Assembly: GCA_963776245.1 (NCBI GenBank)
Contig: CAVZLN010000008.1
Coordinates: 128,001 to 192,000, forward strand
Reading direction: 5' to 3'
Origin: Candidatus Eiseniibacteriota bacterium
GTDB lineage: Bacteria; Eisenbacteria; RBG-16-71-46
DNA: 64,000 nucleotides
This document shows positions 62,634 through 64,000 of the stretch, piece after piece. Under the pieces are notes generated by a model, which saw only the letters and a program-made list of their open reading frames with translations, was not told where the DNA came from and did not search any database. Numbering within the stretch: the stretch's first letter is position 1; the number at the start of each line of letters is the position of its first letter. A program made the translations under genes and the position numbers.

Positions 62634-62649
62634 TGCAGAGCGCATGCCA
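62634..62649 (-). promoter_or_regulatory. Putative sigma-54 promoter for 61816..62583
   Basis: TGGCATGCGCTCTGCA: GG-N10-GC, about 50 nt upstream of the ATG. Confidence 0.55.
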
Positions 62650-62896
62650 CGCGGGTCCGAGCCTCACCGTGGCGCCGACCCACCCCGGCAATCGGCCGGG
62701 CCACCGCCGCTTGCGCGTCGCACGAGGCCGGAGCTCCGGGCCCGGTCGCCGATGGGGCGGCCACCGGCCCGCTCGCTCCGTCCAGTCGGACTCCACGCCG
62801 GCGGAGTGCGCACTCCACCGAACGACAGCCTGGGCGCACGAAGGCCCGGCGGGGCGTGCTGCCCCGCCGGGCCGTGGCGCGTTCGAGGAGGAGGCC

Positions 62897-64000
62897 TCAG
62901 GCCGTGCTGTCGGAGGGCCGGTCGTGGGCGCCGAGCACCCGGTTGAGCGGCCGGTTGGCCATCATCATCAGCAGGCCGTTTCCGAGCCCCAGCGCGGTGA
63001 GCATCAGGAAGAAGATCTGCTTGCCCGAGAAGTCGAACATGAGCAGGTGCATCTGGCTCTGGTTCCACTTGTCCCACAGGGTCCCGAGTGCCCCCGAGAG
63101 GTAGTTCCCGAAGAAGCTCGAGAGGAACCACGCTCCCATCATCATGGACACCATGCGCTGGGGCGCCACCTTGGTGACCAGCGACAGACCGATCGGCGAG
63201 AGGTAGAGCTCCCCGATCGTGATCACGAACGTGGTGCTGACCAGCCACATCACGCTGCGCTTGTCGGTGATGCCCATGCCCTGCGCGCCGACCACCATGA
63301 CGATGTAGGACAACCCGAGCAGGAAGCAGCCGATCGCCATCTTGGTGACGCTCGAGGGCTCGTTCTTCCCCTTCGCCTGCATCGCCCACACCATGTTGAG
63401 CAGCGGCGCGAACGCGAAGATCATGAGCGGATTGAAGGCTTGGAACCACGACGAGGGCGGGACGAAGCCCCCGATCGAGAAGGCCTTGAGATGCCAGCCG
63501 AACAGATCGAAGGCCGGGAGGGTCCCCAGCAGCGGGAGGCGGGGCCAGCGCGTGTTCTGGTCCGCCCACAGCTGCATGGTGTTCCCCTGCTGCTCGTAGC
63601 AGGCCCAGAACACGATATTGAGGATGCACAGCAGCAGCAGCGCGCCCACCGGCAGGCGCTCCTCGCGGGGCAGCCGGGTGATCCAGAACGTGAGCGCCGT
63701 GAGGCACACCCCGACGATCCCCGTGATCACCAGCCCGCGCACCACGGCGGACAGCGACGCGAACATCTGCGGCACGCCGAGGGCGCCGAGCAGCCAGGGC
63801 AGGCCGAGCACCAGCACGATGAGCCCCAGTCCGATCCCCACAATGTAGAGCAGGACCAGGCCGATGGCCTTCCCCGATGAGCTCTCGCGGACCGCCGGCT
63901 CCGGCGCCAGCATCGGCTGGCCCCAGAGGTAGAGGATCAGGCCGAGGATCATGCCGACGCCGGCGGCGCCGAATCCCCAGTGCCAGCCGAGCGTGGACTG
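62897..64000 (-). CDS. POT-family peptide transporter (5' truncated by the window edge)
   Basis: GWHWGFGAAGVGM, FWACYEQQG, WFQAFNP, GELYLSPIGLSLVTK. Confidence 0.9.
   Translation of the reverse strand, partial: QSTLGWHWGFGAAGVGMILGLILYLWGQPMLAPEPAVRESSSGKAIGLVLLYIVGIGLGLIVLVLGLPWLLGALGVPQMFASLSAVVRGLVITGIVGVCLTALTFWITRLPREERLPVGALLLLCILNIVFWACYEQQGNTMQLWADQNTRWPRLPLLGTLPAFDLFGWHLKAFSIGGFVPPSSWFQAFNPLMIFAFAPLLNMVWAMQAKGKNEPSSVTKMAIGCFLLGLSYIVMVVGAQGMGITDKRSVMWLVSTTFVITIGELYLSPIGLSLVTKVAPQRMVSMMMGAWFLSSFFGNYLSGALGTLWDKWNQSQMHLLMFDFSGKQIFFLMLTALGLGNGLLMMMANRPLNRVLGAHDRPSDSTA

Overview
Very GC-rich bacterial chromosomal segment with about 47 genes. Six secreted proteins carry a C-terminal FlgD-Ig/T9SS-type sorting domain, which suggests an FCB-group organism such as Ca. 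Eisenbacteria (inference). About 13 single-base frameshifts interrupt conserved genes and look like assembly errors. The gene content is dominated by peptide scavenging (S8, M1, S1/Nal1-like and lethal-factor/PPEP-like proteases; OPT and two POT transporters), alongside pckG, malQ, a DRG-like GTPase, split MprF, GT-C glycosyltransferases, two Ser/Thr kinases and a sigma-54 activator. The most unusual structure is a lower-GC, integrase-less island at ~25.1-30.8 kb. It starts at a tRNA-Glu-like 3' fragment and is punctuated by copies of the core TTGGGGACGCYA. Each downstream copy is fused to a 30-codon antisense peptide (ASPSIxNSxRLVGWxR...) conserved through synonymous substitutions. This suggests a cassette-like array of recombination sites that swap a recombinase C-terminus. 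Other highlights: a candidate exported UxxC thioredoxin-TPR selenoprotein, a stand-alone lipoprotein copy of a protease propeptide next to its protease, a novel basic tandem-repeat protein behind a sigma-54 promoter, widespread leaderless-type promoters and a 119-bp MITE-like element. No intact tRNA, rRNA or CRISPR array was seen.
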